Of a stretch of 64,000 bases of DNA, positions 22,253-31,907 are shown piece after piece (positions within the stretch are counted from its first letter, which is position 1; every line of letters starts with the position of its first letter). The stretch covers positions 576,001-640,000 of the forward strand of contig CAWGHO010000002.1 of assembly GCA_963822445.1 (NCBI GenBank), written 5' to 3'. The notes under the pieces were generated by a model. It worked only from the letters and a program-made list of their open reading frames with translations, was not told the DNA's origin and made no database searches. The position numbers and the translations under genes were made by a program. This DNA is from an uncultured Acidobacteriota bacterium. GTDB lineage: Bacteria > Acidobacteriota > Thermoanaerobaculia > Gp7-AA8.

Positions 22253-24097
22253 TCAATCGCTGGTCGCCCTCGCAATCTGCAACGTCGCGTCGCCGCTCGC
22301 GTTGTTGATGCTCACGCCGTAAGCGATGACGCTTCCGCTCTCCACGGTCATCACCACCGACTGATTCGCGCCGAGCGCGCCGCCGAGAAGGTCCTCGGCG
22401 GACGCCTGCGTGAAGTAGTTCGGCGCATAGGAATGGGTCGCGGTGCGCAGCACAGTGCCGTTGACGTCGTGGACGCGGAACGTGATCGTCGCCCCAGCGG
22501 CGAGCGTGCGGATGCCGATATTGAATCGCGTACTCGCAGGATTCGACGGGGCGATGAGCGTTCCGCGGGTGCCCGCGGTCAGCGCCTGGGCGGGATCGAT
22601 CTGCGGCACCTGCACGAGCGGCATCCCCTCCGCGGCGACGTCGACGATCGTCGTCACCGTGACCGGCGCCGACCCCACGGCCGCGACCACGTCGACGGAA
22701 CCACCTCCTGTCGCGGCGGCCGTCGCCAGGAAATCCGAATAGCTGCGCGTCTCGAACGGCGCAAGCGTGTACGCGACGGACGGATCGGCCGGCGTGCCGC
22801 TCGCTCCCTGCGGATGAACGACCAGACGCCCGGAGATCGCGAACGGGTGCGGATTACTGATCTGCATCGCCGTCCTGTACTGCGACCCATGCGCGCCCGG
22901 CAGCGAGGCGACGACGGGAATGATCGCCGTCGGCAACGCTGCGGGTATCGTCGCCGCGTTCACCCGCGTGATCAGACCGGGAAAAATGTGAGCGATGAAC
23001 AACTCGCCACTGCGCTGATCAACGGCGATGCTCGTCGGCGTCGGTAAACCGGAAGCGAGCGTGGTTGACGATCCATCGGAACCGACCAGGCGCGCGCGTC
23101 CCGGCTGCTGTTCGGTCATGTTCGTGCTGAACTCGAGCACCACCACGGAATCCGTTCCGCTGAGCGGCTGCACGTCGATCCCCGCGGTGAGGCCGGCGAT
23201 GTACGATTCATTCGCGCCAGTATTGACGTTCACCTTTCGCACTTCGGCGCGGCCCGGCGGGAAGGGGAAGCCGGTGAGCGTCGTGACCAGCAGATCGTTC
23301 CCGCGCAAGGTGATGCTGTCCGGAACGGCGTCGATGAACGGCGGTCCGAACGGCAGCGGGTTCTGCATCGGCGCGAACGTCGTCAGCGTCTCGAACGCCC
23401 CGCTCGTCGCATCGACGCGGCGGATGAGGTTCTGACTGGCGTCGACGACGAAGACGGTCTGGCCGAGGACTGCTACGCCGAATGGGTTGCCGGCCCGGAC
23501 GTTCTGGGGGAAATCGGGGCGCGGCGACGCGGTGAAGTTCGGGAAGTCGGCGACGAGCTTCACCGTCAGCTTCTGTCCGCTCGCATTCGTCAGTTCCACC
23601 GTCTCGCCGTTCTTCAGCCGCGCGTGATCAGAAGGCAGCAGCGCGAAGCCGCCGCTGACGAGGTCGAGCGGCGTCGTGGTCTGCAGCGCCAGCAGCGAGC
23701 TGAGGATCGGCGACGCGGGCGCCTCATTCGGCAGCTCGGTGCCGGGCGCTGGACCGGGAAGCACGCCATTGCCGGCGCCGATGACGACGTACAGGGTCGT
23801 ACCGCGCAACGCCGCACCGGCCGGCCCCGACGGCGCGGCCTCGGCGCCGCTTCCGCTGACGCCGGACGGCAGTCCTTCGATCAGCGTGCGCCGCGCGCCG
23901 CTCGTGCGATCGATGATGGAGACGCGGCCGGAGTTCGCGGCGGGCGTCCCCGATTCAGTGACGATCAGATTGCCGTGATTCGTGAAGATGATGCGCGTCG
24001 GGGCCTGCAGGCCCGCGGCAAATGGCGGGCCCTGCGAAAGCGCGGGCAATGCAGCGAGCGCCGTGAACAGACATGCGATGAGAACCTTGTTCTTCAT
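22253..24097 (-). CDS. Secreted ScyD/ScyE-like beta-propeller with an extra C-terminal beta domain
   Basis: Signal peptide; GLPS, GNPFGV, DAVPDSI and LTGFPFPPG motifs; C-terminal domain begins IIPVVASLPGAHGSQYRT. Confidence 0.8.
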   Translation of the reverse strand: MKNKVLIACLFTALAALPALSQGPPFAAGLQAPTRIIFTNHGNLIVTESGTPAANSGRVSIIDRTSGARRTLIEGLPSGVSGSGAEAAPSGPAGAALRGTTLYVVIGAGNGVLPGPAPGTELPNEAPASPILSSLLALQTTTPLDLVSGGFALLPSDHARLKNGETVELTNASGQKLTVKLVADFPNFTASPRPDFPQNVRAGNPFGVAVLGQTVFVVDASQNLIRRVDATSGAFETLTTFAPMQNPLPFGPPFIDAVPDSITLRGNDLLVTTLTGFPFPPGRAEVRKVNVNTGANESYIAGLTAGIDVQPLSGTDSVVVLEFSTNMTEQQPGRARLVGSDGSSTTLASGLPTPTSIAVDQRSGELFIAHIFPGLITRVNAATIPAALPTAIIPVVASLPGAHGSQYRTAMQISNPHPFAISGRLVVHPQGASGTPADPSVAYTLAPFETRSYSDFLATAAATGGGSVDVVAAVGSAPVTVTTIVDVAAEGMPLVQVPQIDPAQALTAGTRGTLIAPSNPASTRFNIGIRTLAAGATITFRVHDVNGTVLRTATHSYAPNYFTQASAEDLLGGALGANQSVVMTVESGSVIAYGVSINNASGDATLQIARATSD

Positions 24098-24203
24098 GAC
24101 CTCTCCTTCGGTTGATGGGATGCCCTCGCAATCTGCGCGGAAGGGCGCCGGAAGTCCTGAGAAAGGCGACTAGAATTTCAGAGATCTTCTTAGAGCGACC
24201 TTC

Positions 24204-26024
24204 ATGACCGCAGAATCAGCGGTTTACGCGTTCGGCCCCTACGTCCTCGATCGCCAGCGGCGCCTGCTGCTGCGCGACGGCGCGGCGGTGGCGCTCACGC
24301 CGAAAGCGTTCGATCTCCTCACGGTGCTCGTCGAGAGCGACGGCCGGCTGGTCGCGAAGGAGACGCTGATGTCCCGGCTCTGGCCGGAGACGGCAGTCGA
24401 GGAGAGCAACCTCACCTTTCAGATCTCGACGCTGCGCAAAGCTCTCGGCGACGGCCGGTACGTCGTCACAATCCCCGGCCGCGGCTATCAGTTCGCGGGG
24501 CCGGTCGCGCTCGTCGGCGAGCCGGAAACGGTCGTCGAACAGGACGAGCGGCAGGCGCGGCCCTGGCTCGCCATCGCCATCGCCGCACTGGCAATCGTCG
24601 CGATCATCGCCATCGCGGCCCTGCTGACGAGGCGGAACCCTGCACCGCCGCCTGCCCCGGGAACGCGATCGATTGCCGTGCTCCCGTTCCGGCCGATCGA
24701 CGCCTCGCATCGCGACGAGGTGCTCGAGCTGGGGATGGCCGACACGCTGATCACGAGGCTGAGCCACATCCCGACGATCGTGATCCGCCCGACGAGCGCC
24801 ATCCGCCGCTACACGGCGCTCGACGCGGATCCGCTGAAGGCTGGCCGCGAGCTCGGCGTGGACAGCGTCGTCGACGGCAGCATTCATCGCAGCGGCGAGC
24901 GGATTCGCATCACTGTCCGTCTGCTTCGAATCGCCGACGGCAAGCCGCTGTGGGCGGCGCAGTTCGACGAAAGCGTGCGAGATCTTTTCGCCGTGCAGGA
25001 TCGTGTGGCCGATGGCGTGGCGCGATCGATCGTCCCGTCGCTGTCCGGCCGCGAACAGCAGTTGCTGGCCAAGCGTCCGACGGGCGATCTCGAGGCCTAC
25101 GATCTGTATCTGAAGGGCCGCTACTCGATGGATCGCATGGACGCCGAGCGCGCCCGCGAATTCTTCGAGCGCGCCATCGAGCGTGATCCCCGATTTGCCG
25201 CGGCATGGGCGGGTGTGGCGGACACGTGGCTGATCCGCGCGAAGTTTTCGGATTCACCTCCCCACGACCAATTCGCCAAAGGTCGCGCCGCCGCGGAAAA
25301 GGCAATCGAGCTCGATCCAGAGCTCGCCGAAGCTCATACGTCGCTTGCGTCGATCTACGGCGACTACGACTGGCGCTGGGATGACGCGGAACGCGAGTAC
25401 CGGCGCGCACTGCAGCTCAATCCGAATTCCGCCATTGCTCACATGTGGTACGCCGTGCTCGCGATGCACCGGCGTAAATTCGACGTCGCGCTCGAGCACA
25501 GCGGACGCGCGGTGGAGCTCGACCCTAGCTCTTCGATGATCGGCGTCGGCCGCGGCCAATGCCTGAACTTCAGCGGACGCAGCGACGAGGCCATCCGCCA
25601 TCTCCAGCAGGTCGTCCGGCAGAATCCCGAAAACCCCGGCGCCATGCTCCACCTCGGCCTGGCCTACATGCAGGCCGGCCGGATCCAGGAGGGTGTCGAG
25701 CAGTTCCGGCACAGCTCCACGCGAACCGGTCACGCGCAGCATCGGGCGCTCTACGCGTATGCCCTGGCGACAGCCGGACAGCGCGATGAGGCTCTGCGCA
25801 TCGCTCGCGACATGGAGCAACTCAGCACTCGCGAGGACATTCCGCCGGTGAACCTGGCCCTGGCCTGGACCGCGCTCGGCGATCACGATCGCGCGTTCCA
25901 CTGGCTCGAGCGCGCATACCGCGACCACCTTTATTTATTGCGCGCGATCAACGTGATGGACGGGTACAAGCCGCTGCACTCGGATCCACGCTACGCAGAC
26001 CTGATTCGGCGCATGGGGCTTTGA
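24204..26024 (+). CDS. CadC/OmpR-type wHTH regulator with a TM helix, TolB-like segment and TPR repeats
   Basis: YAFGPYVLD..LTPKAFDLL..LRKALG..TIPGRGYQF; TM helix; SIAVLPF; TPR motifs. Confidence 0.9.
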   Translation: MTAESAVYAFGPYVLDRQRRLLLRDGAAVALTPKAFDLLTVLVESDGRLVAKETLMSRLWPETAVEESNLTFQISTLRKALGDGRYVVTIPGRGYQFAGPVALVGEPETVVEQDERQARPWLAIAIAALAIVAIIAIAALLTRRNPAPPPAPGTRSIAVLPFRPIDASHRDEVLELGMADTLITRLSHIPTIVIRPTSAIRRYTALDADPLKAGRELGVDSVVDGSIHRSGERIRITVRLLRIADGKPLWAAQFDESVRDLFAVQDRVADGVARSIVPSLSGREQQLLAKRPTGDLEAYDLYLKGRYSMDRMDAERAREFFERAIERDPRFAAAWAGVADTWLIRAKFSDSPPHDQFAKGRAAAEKAIELDPELAEAHTSLASIYGDYDWRWDDAEREYRRALQLNPNSAIAHMWYAVLAMHRRKFDVALEHSGRAVELDPSSSMIGVGRGQCLNFSGRSDEAIRHLQQVVRQNPENPGAMLHLGLAYMQAGRIQEGVEQFRHSSTRTGHAQHRALYAYALATAGQRDEALRIARDMEQLSTREDIPPVNLALAWTALGDHDRAFHWLERAYRDHLYLLRAINVMDGYKPLHSDPRYADLIRRMGL

Positions 26025-26738
26025 TCAAGCGATTGCGCGCTCGGCCGCCTGAAGCTCGAACAAGCTCCTGACCGTCTCCAGTTCTGCCTCGATCGACTCC
26101 ACCGGGACGATGGATTCGATGATCACCGCGCAGCCGGGCGGGACGCGATGCGCAAGACGTCGAAATGCCATCGCCGCCAGGGTCCGAACCGGCAGATGAT
26201 CGCCCAGAGGGCCGACTTCGCTCACGTGAAGCTGCACGAGACGATCGGCGAACTCGGACAGCATGAGCAGAGCCGCGGCCATCGTCGGATCAATCTGCCG
26301 TGCATGGCCGACATCCAGGCAGAACGACGCTTCCGGAAAGCGATCGAGCAAGGTCCGCAACTCGCTGACGGTGCGGCCGGTCATTTTCCGATTGTCCATG
26401 TTCTCGATGCACAGCCGTGATCCGAAGGCCTGCCACTTCGCAGGATTGACGAGGATCTCCGGGTGCACGATGACCGGCCAGGCTTCCGGCAACTGGTTCA
26501 ACGCCGCGATCACCTCGTCCTCGGTCAGCGCGGCCAGGCTGCCCGGCGCATGGAACGAAACGTAGTCGAAGGAATCGAGATCGAGTGTCGAAAGCGCTTC
26601 AACGAGCGGCCGCAACTCAGCGTCGCGCAGGGCCGAGAGTTCGATTGCGGAGACGCCCGGTCTCGCGACCTGAAGCTGCACTCCTCGACGAAAATCGCCT
26701 TTCGCCAAAGCACCGGTCGAGAATCCGATCGGTCGCAT
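26025..26738 (-). CDS. Xylose isomerase-like / endonuclease IV-like TIM-barrel metalloprotein
   Basis: Ordered motifs SFHAP, IVHP, IENMD, LDVGH, LHVSE, DHLP and IIES; the ATG overlaps the upstream TGA (TGATG). Confidence 0.8.
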   Translation of the reverse strand: MRPIGFSTGALAKGDFRRGVQLQVARPGVSAIELSALRDAELRPLVEALSTLDLDSFDYVSFHAPGSLAALTEDEVIAALNQLPEAWPVIVHPEILVNPAKWQAFGSRLCIENMDNRKMTGRTVSELRTLLDRFPEASFCLDVGHARQIDPTMAAALLMLSEFADRLVQLHVSEVGPLGDHLPVRTLAAMAFRRLAHRVPPGCAVIIESIVPVESIEAELETVRSLFELQAAERAIA

Positions 26739-27790
26739 CAAAAGACTCCGTATTCGCGGATCAACTCCCGCAGTCTCGGATGGGCGTCGAAGAAGAGGGC
26801 GTTCATCCCCTCGCGAAACTCCCGGCTCGTCACGCGGAGGCTGCCGTACGTCGGATCGGTCTCACTCTGCTCGAAAGGCACCTGCTGCAACGCGCCTCGT
26901 GTCTCCGGATCGATCAGCATGCGCAGGAACTCATCGTACGACGAAAAGATCTGCCGCGCGATCGTCGCATCGTTGGTCTCGAGAACGACGCGAGCAAGCA
27001 GATCCAAAGGCGCAACATTGGTCTGCTCGCCGATCAGGTTCGACAGACGAACCAGCCTCTCATGGTCATCCGTCACGCCGTCGAACGCAGGCCCCGCAAA
27101 GAGCTCTCCCGCAAACGACGCGAGCAGTCCCCACGCAAAGAGAAGCTTTCGCGAGAAGCGGAGCTTGATATTGCGAATGGCCCATCCCTCGTGATGGCGC
27201 TCCCACATCTTCGAGGCGTAGTCCGAGGCGACGGTTCTCCAATAGCGAACGACGTCGTTCACGAGAAACAGCGGCAGCGTGTGGGTCTGACCGCGCCGGA
27301 CCGACGGGTCATGGATGACGTATCGCGCGAGCACATTGCCAATCACCCGGTCGCGAATGACGTCGCCGGTGAGCGGGCGGGATTCCGACAGCAGCAGGAT
27401 GCGGCGCGTGAGGTTCTCGTTCGTGTCGCGCGTGCCTGCGATGTAGTGAACGAGCTCGTGACCGGTGACGAGCTGGCCGAAGGTGTCGGTTCTGCCAGGG
27501 GACGCGAATCCAAGTTCGAGGATACGTGCGGCGATCTTTTGCCGGATCGGACCGTGATCCGGATTGGAAAGACCGTCGACGAGCAGAATCCAGTCGACAT
27601 CGCTACTGTCGCTTGCTTCCCCCCGGCCCAGCGAGCCGGTGACGACAATCGAATAGTTCGGGTCTTCGAACTCACGCAATCCGTCACGAAGCCGTATGAG
27701 AAGGCGATCCGTCGTGTCGCGCGCCTCGAAAATCGCCGGCCATCTCTCACCCGTGCGTTCTGCAAGCTGTTCGAGCCACGTCATCGCCAT
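26738..27790 (-). CDS. Pol-beta superfamily nucleotidyltransferase (DUF294/GlnE-like) with a helical C-terminal lobe
   Basis: VVTGSLGRGEASDSSDVDW fits hG[GS]x10DhD; also TRRILLLSES, FLVNDVVRYWRT and RNIKLRFSRK; ends EYGVF. Confidence 0.85.
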   Translation of the reverse strand: MAMTWLEQLAERTGERWPAIFEARDTTDRLLIRLRDGLREFEDPNYSIVVTGSLGRGEASDSSDVDWILLVDGLSNPDHGPIRQKIAARILELGFASPGRTDTFGQLVTGHELVHYIAGTRDTNENLTRRILLLSESRPLTGDVIRDRVIGNVLARYVIHDPSVRRGQTHTLPLFLVNDVVRYWRTVASDYASKMWERHHEGWAIRNIKLRFSRKLLFAWGLLASFAGELFAGPAFDGVTDDHERLVRLSNLIGEQTNVAPLDLLARVVLETNDATIARQIFSSYDEFLRMLIDPETRGALQQVPFEQSETDPTYGSLRVTSREFREGMNALFFDAHPRLRELIREYGVF

Positions 27791-27839
27791 GGGAGTGTGC
27801 CAGAAGAGCGGCGCGACTCCACAAGAGGTAGAGGGGCTC

Positions 27840-28607
27840 TTAACGCTCGCGGGTCGTCTTCACCATCGCCACCAAAACGCGCCGAGCATCCTCGGACGAC
27901 CGCACTTCTTCGCTGAACGCGATGCGCAAGCCCTTCATCCCCTCGGCGGTGCGGGCGCGGACGACGAAGCCGAGGCGGTCGCAGGCGACCATGGTCGCCT
28001 CTTCGGCTTGCAGATTTCCGAAGTGGCGGGTGATCTCGCGAAGAGCATCGGCGTGGTCGCGGTTCATGTGCTCGATGATTCCACCCGCGGCCTCGGCCAG
28101 CGGATCCGCTTCCGCGGCCGCATACTCCTCGGCCGGCACCCAGCCCATCACGCCGAATCCGCCGACGAAGTAGATCTGGGTGACGTCGAGGCGGAAGAAG
28201 CCGAAGTCCGAGTAGGAGATCCAGTGCCGCGCGTTGGGATGGCGGTCGAGATAGGCCTGGCGCAATTCGTCGGGAACGTCGTTGATCGCGGTGACCGTGC
28301 CGAGAAGCGTGGCCCGGGCAAGGCCGAGCGGATCGCGCTCGTTGCCGCTCTGCATGACCATGAGACTCGCGCGCGGGTCGGCGAGCACGTTCTGCGTGTG
28401 AATGGCCATCCCGCTGATGAGAAAGACCGGCGCGCCGTCGCTGGTGAGCGCATACGGCATGACCGAGCCGAACGGCCATCCGGGGTGTTTCACCGATTGC
28501 GTGGAGAGTGCGCCGATGCTCTCGCGCTCGAGGAGCGTCCGGGCGCGCTCCGCGTACGTCGGCTCGGGCGCGGTCGAGGGTGGGAGGGAGGAGGCGTGCT
28601 GAGTCAT
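27840..28607 (-). CDS. HugZ-like split-barrel (PNPOx family) protein with a DUF2470 domain
   Basis: GWPFGSVMPY, ISGMAIHTQN..DPRASL, FVGGFG, IIEHMNRDH. Confidence 0.9.
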   Translation of the reverse strand: MTQHASSLPPSTAPEPTYAERARTLLERESIGALSTQSVKHPGWPFGSVMPYALTSDGAPVFLISGMAIHTQNVLADPRASLMVMQSGNERDPLGLARATLLGTVTAINDVPDELRQAYLDRHPNARHWISYSDFGFFRLDVTQIYFVGGFGVMGWVPAEEYAAAEADPLAEAAGGIIEHMNRDHADALREITRHFGNLQAEEATMVACDRLGFVVRARTAEGMKGLRIAFSEEVRSSEDARRVLVAMVKTTRER

Positions 28608-28737
28608 GGGAGGGGGAGTATGACTCCGGAACGGGCAACGCGACACGCGATTGCCCCACGCCCATCAGTGCTCTGCGCTATCAACCTCGCACAACAGATC
28701 GCTCAGGAAACGCTCACCGTCGCCGACAATACCGGCG

Positions 28738-29649
28738 ATGCGTTTGCTGCCGCTTCTCCTGATCGTCGCCTGCACGACCGCGACGCCGGTCTCGACGACC
28801 GAGCCGTTCGTCGTCGTCCTCGGCATCGCCCAGGACGGCGGTTACCCGCAGGCCGGCTGCCGCCGTCCCGATTGCGTCGACGCGTTCGAGAGCGGGAAGC
28901 GCGAACACGTCGCGTCGCTGGGCATCGTCGATCCGCGCTCAGGTCAGCGATGGATCATCGACGCGACGCCCGACTTTCCGCGTCAACTGCATCATCTCGA
29001 ACTAACTGCAGGACCGCCTCGCGACGGTGCGCCGATCCTCGACGGCGTCCTCCTCACCCACGCCCACATCGGCCACTACCTCGGCCTGGCCCACCTCGGC
29101 CGCGAAGTCCTCGGCGCGCGACGCGTCCCGGTCTTCGCCATGCCGCGCATGCGCACGTTCCTCGAGACCAACGGTCCATGGTCGCAACTGGTGAAGCTCG
29201 AGAACATCGCGCTCACGACGCTCGAAGCCGATCGGCCCGTCGCGTTGAACGAGCGGATCAGCGTGACGGCGCTCGTCGTACCGCATCGCGACGAATTCTC
29301 GGAGACCGTCGGCTTCGTCGTGCGCGGCCCGGAGCGATCGATCCTGTGGTTGCCGGATATCGACAAATGGGAGAAGTGGTCGACGCGAATCGAAGACCTC
29401 GTCGCGTCCGTCGACGTCGCGTATCTCGACGCGACGTTCTACAGTCCGAGCGAGCTTCCGGGCCGCAATCTCGCCGAGATTCCGCATCCGACTGTCGAAG
29501 AGACGATGGCGCGTTTCGCGAGCTCGCCATCGCGGGCGAAAATTCGCTTCATTCACCTGAACCAGTCGAATCCGCTCCTGCGCGATCCGGCGCGCGTGCG
29601 ATCGGCGGGATTCAGCGTCGCGCGGGAAGGCGATCGTGAAGGACTCTAG
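28738..29649 (+). CDS. MBL-fold metallo-hydrolase (PqqB-like) with a probable lipoprotein signal
   Basis: LLIVAC lipobox-like; LGIAQDGGYPQAGC..C, THAHIGH, PHRDE, IHLNQSNP. Confidence 0.85.
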   Translation: MRLLPLLLIVACTTATPVSTTEPFVVVLGIAQDGGYPQAGCRRPDCVDAFESGKREHVASLGIVDPRSGQRWIIDATPDFPRQLHHLELTAGPPRDGAPILDGVLLTHAHIGHYLGLAHLGREVLGARRVPVFAMPRMRTFLETNGPWSQLVKLENIALTTLEADRPVALNERISVTALVVPHRDEFSETVGFVVRGPERSILWLPDIDKWEKWSTRIEDLVASVDVAYLDATFYSPSELPGRNLAEIPHPTVEETMARFASSPSRAKIRFIHLNQSNPLLRDPARVRSAGFSVAREGDREGL

Positions 29650-30370
29650 CAACGAAGAACGCCCGCAGGTCGAGGGGCAACTGCTGCGCATCGGCCTCTT
29701 GCAGCGCGGCCGCCGGTTCGGCGTGCCGATTCCCGATGGTCTGATGGCGGTGGTCTTCGCGCTGTCCGCGCTGATGGACTTTCTCACACCCGAACAGATC
29801 GCCAGGATCCCTTCGATGTTCTTCGAATATCGCCAGGAGCTCGTCTACGTGCTCATCGTGGAGGGCGGATTTCTGATGATGCAGGGGACGCTGGTCGACA
29901 TCGCCACGCGGCTGCGGAAGCGCCCGCCGATCTGGACGATTCCGATCATCTTGGCCGCGGTGGCCATCTTCTCCGGCCACTCGCTCGACGTTCTGAAAAT
30001 GGCGTGGGGACGCGGCGCGGTGGTCTTCCTTCCTCTCCTGATCTCACTCGCCGAGCGCGGCACGGTGCTCTGGAACATGCCCAATCGCTCGCAGATCGAG
30101 AAGCTGGCCGCCCGCGCGCTGATCGCCAATCGCATCGTCACCGGTCTGGGGCTGTTCGGTCTGATGACCCTGACCATGGTTGCCGGCGTCGCATTCAACC
30201 GCTTCGAGTGGGCGAACCTCGGCGCGTGGCCGACGCTCACTGCCGGCGCGATCTACTTCGCCGTCGCGTCGTTCGACGACTGGCGCGTGCGCGGCCGGCG
30301 ATTCGCGGAGAATCCGCGGGTGCTGTTCGGGTGGGATGTGATGGGGGTGAAAGAAATGCCGGCGTTGTGA
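29636..30370 (+). CDS. Hypothetical multi-pass membrane protein
   Basis: About 6 hydrophobic segments; overlaps the 3' end of the upstream gene. Confidence 0.65.
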   Translation: MKDSSNEERPQVEGQLLRIGLLQRGRRFGVPIPDGLMAVVFALSALMDFLTPEQIARIPSMFFEYRQELVYVLIVEGGFLMMQGTLVDIATRLRKRPPIWTIPIILAAVAIFSGHSLDVLKMAWGRGAVVFLPLLISLAERGTVLWNMPNRSQIEKLAARALIANRIVTGLGLFGLMTLTMVAGVAFNRFEWANLGAWPTLTAGAIYFAVASFDDWRVRGRRFAENPRVLFGWDVMGVKEMPAL

Positions 30371-30409
30371 ACGGCCACCACGGCGGTGGCCGTTCATCTT
30401 CATCGCTGC

Positions 30410-31705
30410 TTACGGCAGAACGCTATCGATCGCCGCGAATGCGTTCACGTATCCCGCGCCGACCTGATGCGGGCCGTACGACGGCATCGGCGTGGCCGTG
30501 CTCACCAGCGCGGCTTTCACCTGCGCCGGGGTCATGCTCGGCTTCGCGGACAGGAGCAACGCGGCGATGCCGGCCACCTGCGGCGTAGCCATCGAGGTGC
30601 CGCTCATGGTCGTGTAGTACGGGATCCAGGCCGGGTTGAGGTTGATGTCGGCCGGGGCGCCGAGGAGCGGCAGAACGGTGTTCAGGGCGCGGGTCGAGAC
30701 TACGTCGACGCCCGGCGCGGTGATGGTCGGCTTGTAGACCGGATCGCCGGCGATGCCGCGCGATGAGAAGTCGGCCAGCGTGGCGCCGTCCTTGTTGCCG
30801 GCCGCGACGCCGATCACCCACGGCGCGACGCTGTACGGGTTCAGGGTGTTGTCGCCGGGGCCTTCGTTGCCTGCCGCGAAAACGACCGTCATTCCCGCGT
30901 CATGCGCGGCCTTCGAGGCCACGTTCACGGGGTCGTTCGGATCGTACGCGCCGGTCGTGCCCCAGGAGTTCGAGACCACGCGGATGCCGTAACGGCTGCG
31001 ATTGGCGAGGACGTAATCGAAGCCTTCGAGCGCATAGAAGACGAAGATCGCGTCGCCGGTGCCGACGCCGACGAGATGCGCGCCGGGAGCCATGCCGGCG
31101 TGGTGCCCGCCTGACGCTGCGCCACTGCCGGCGACCGAACCGGCGCAATGCGTTCCATGACCGCTCGACGTGTCGCTGGTCGGCAGGTTCTCGACGGCCT
31201 GCACGATGTTGCTGGCCAGACCGACCGTGCCGACGATCTTCACGTTCTGGACGACCTTCGTTCCGTACGGAAGATCCTGATGCGTGCCGTCGATCCCGCT
31301 GTCGATCACGGCGACACCGACGCCGCTGCCGTCCACGCCGAAGGCCTGCCGTGCCGCGGGCGCGCCGACGACGGTGTTCGACGCGTTGTTGTAGTAGTGA
31401 AGCTGCCGGTCGAGATACAGCGAGCGGATGTTCGCTCGGCCGATGAGGCTGGCCACGCCGCCGGCCGGAATCTCCACCATGGCCATGGGCAGGTTGCGCA
31501 GGAACTGCGCGCGCGACGAGAGGGTATTGATCAGGGCCCGATCGAGCAGGCCGGGCATCGAGTTGAAGGTCACCACCACCCGCAAAGGCGCCGGCGACAG
31601 CACGTTTCCGAGTTTCGCCTGCAGGGCCGGATCGACGACCTGGGCCGGAAGATTCAGGGCAAAAATGACAACCAGAGCCGTTACAAGAGAGACGCGCAGT
31701 CGCAT
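30410..31705 (-). CDS. S8 subtilisin-like serine peptidase
   Basis: Catalytic VIDSG, GHGTHCAG and GTSMATP motifs; oxyanion AAGN; signal peptide from MRLRVSL; AAGGA RBS. Confidence 0.95.
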   Translation of the reverse strand: MRLRVSLVTALVVIFALNLPAQVVDPALQAKLGNVLSPAPLRVVVTFNSMPGLLDRALINTLSSRAQFLRNLPMAMVEIPAGGVASLIGRANIRSLYLDRQLHYYNNASNTVVGAPAARQAFGVDGSGVGVAVIDSGIDGTHQDLPYGTKVVQNVKIVGTVGLASNIVQAVENLPTSDTSSGHGTHCAGSVAGSGAASGGHHAGMAPGAHLVGVGTGDAIFVFYALEGFDYVLANRSRYGIRVVSNSWGTTGAYDPNDPVNVASKAAHDAGMTVVFAAGNEGPGDNTLNPYSVAPWVIGVAAGNKDGATLADFSSRGIAGDPVYKPTITAPGVDVVSTRALNTVLPLLGAPADINLNPAWIPYYTTMSGTSMATPQVAGIAALLLSAKPSMTPAQVKAALVSTATPMPSYGPHQVGAGYVNAFAAIDSVLP

Positions 31706-31808
31706 GAAGTTCAGTTCCTTTCGAGTTGTGGTGGGGCTTGGCCGGAATGGTAGCCGTACCACTACCGCCAACTCAAGAAGAATTTTTGCCGTCAATCGGC
31801 AGGGCATT

Positions 31809-31906
31809 GGAGCGCCGGCGTCCGCGCCGGCTGGTTCGCCGGCGTCTCGCCGGCCCCGGTGCCCGCGGGACGCGGGCGCAACAGCCGCCGCGGACGGCGG
31901 CGCTCC
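31809..31906. repeat. REP-like inverted pair with internal hairpins
   Basis: GGAGCGCCGGCGTCCGCGCCGGC ... GCCGCCGCGGACGGCGGCGCTCC. Confidence 0.7.
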
Positions 31907-31907
31907 G

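Noticed and set aside
26738-27790. Calling the NTase a CBASS CD-NTase, GlnD/GlnE, or MNT antitoxin
   Set aside because: There are no Cap effector or ancillary genes, it lacks the size and the HD/ACT or duplicated domains of GlnD/GlnE, and it has no HEPN partner and is much longer than MNTs.
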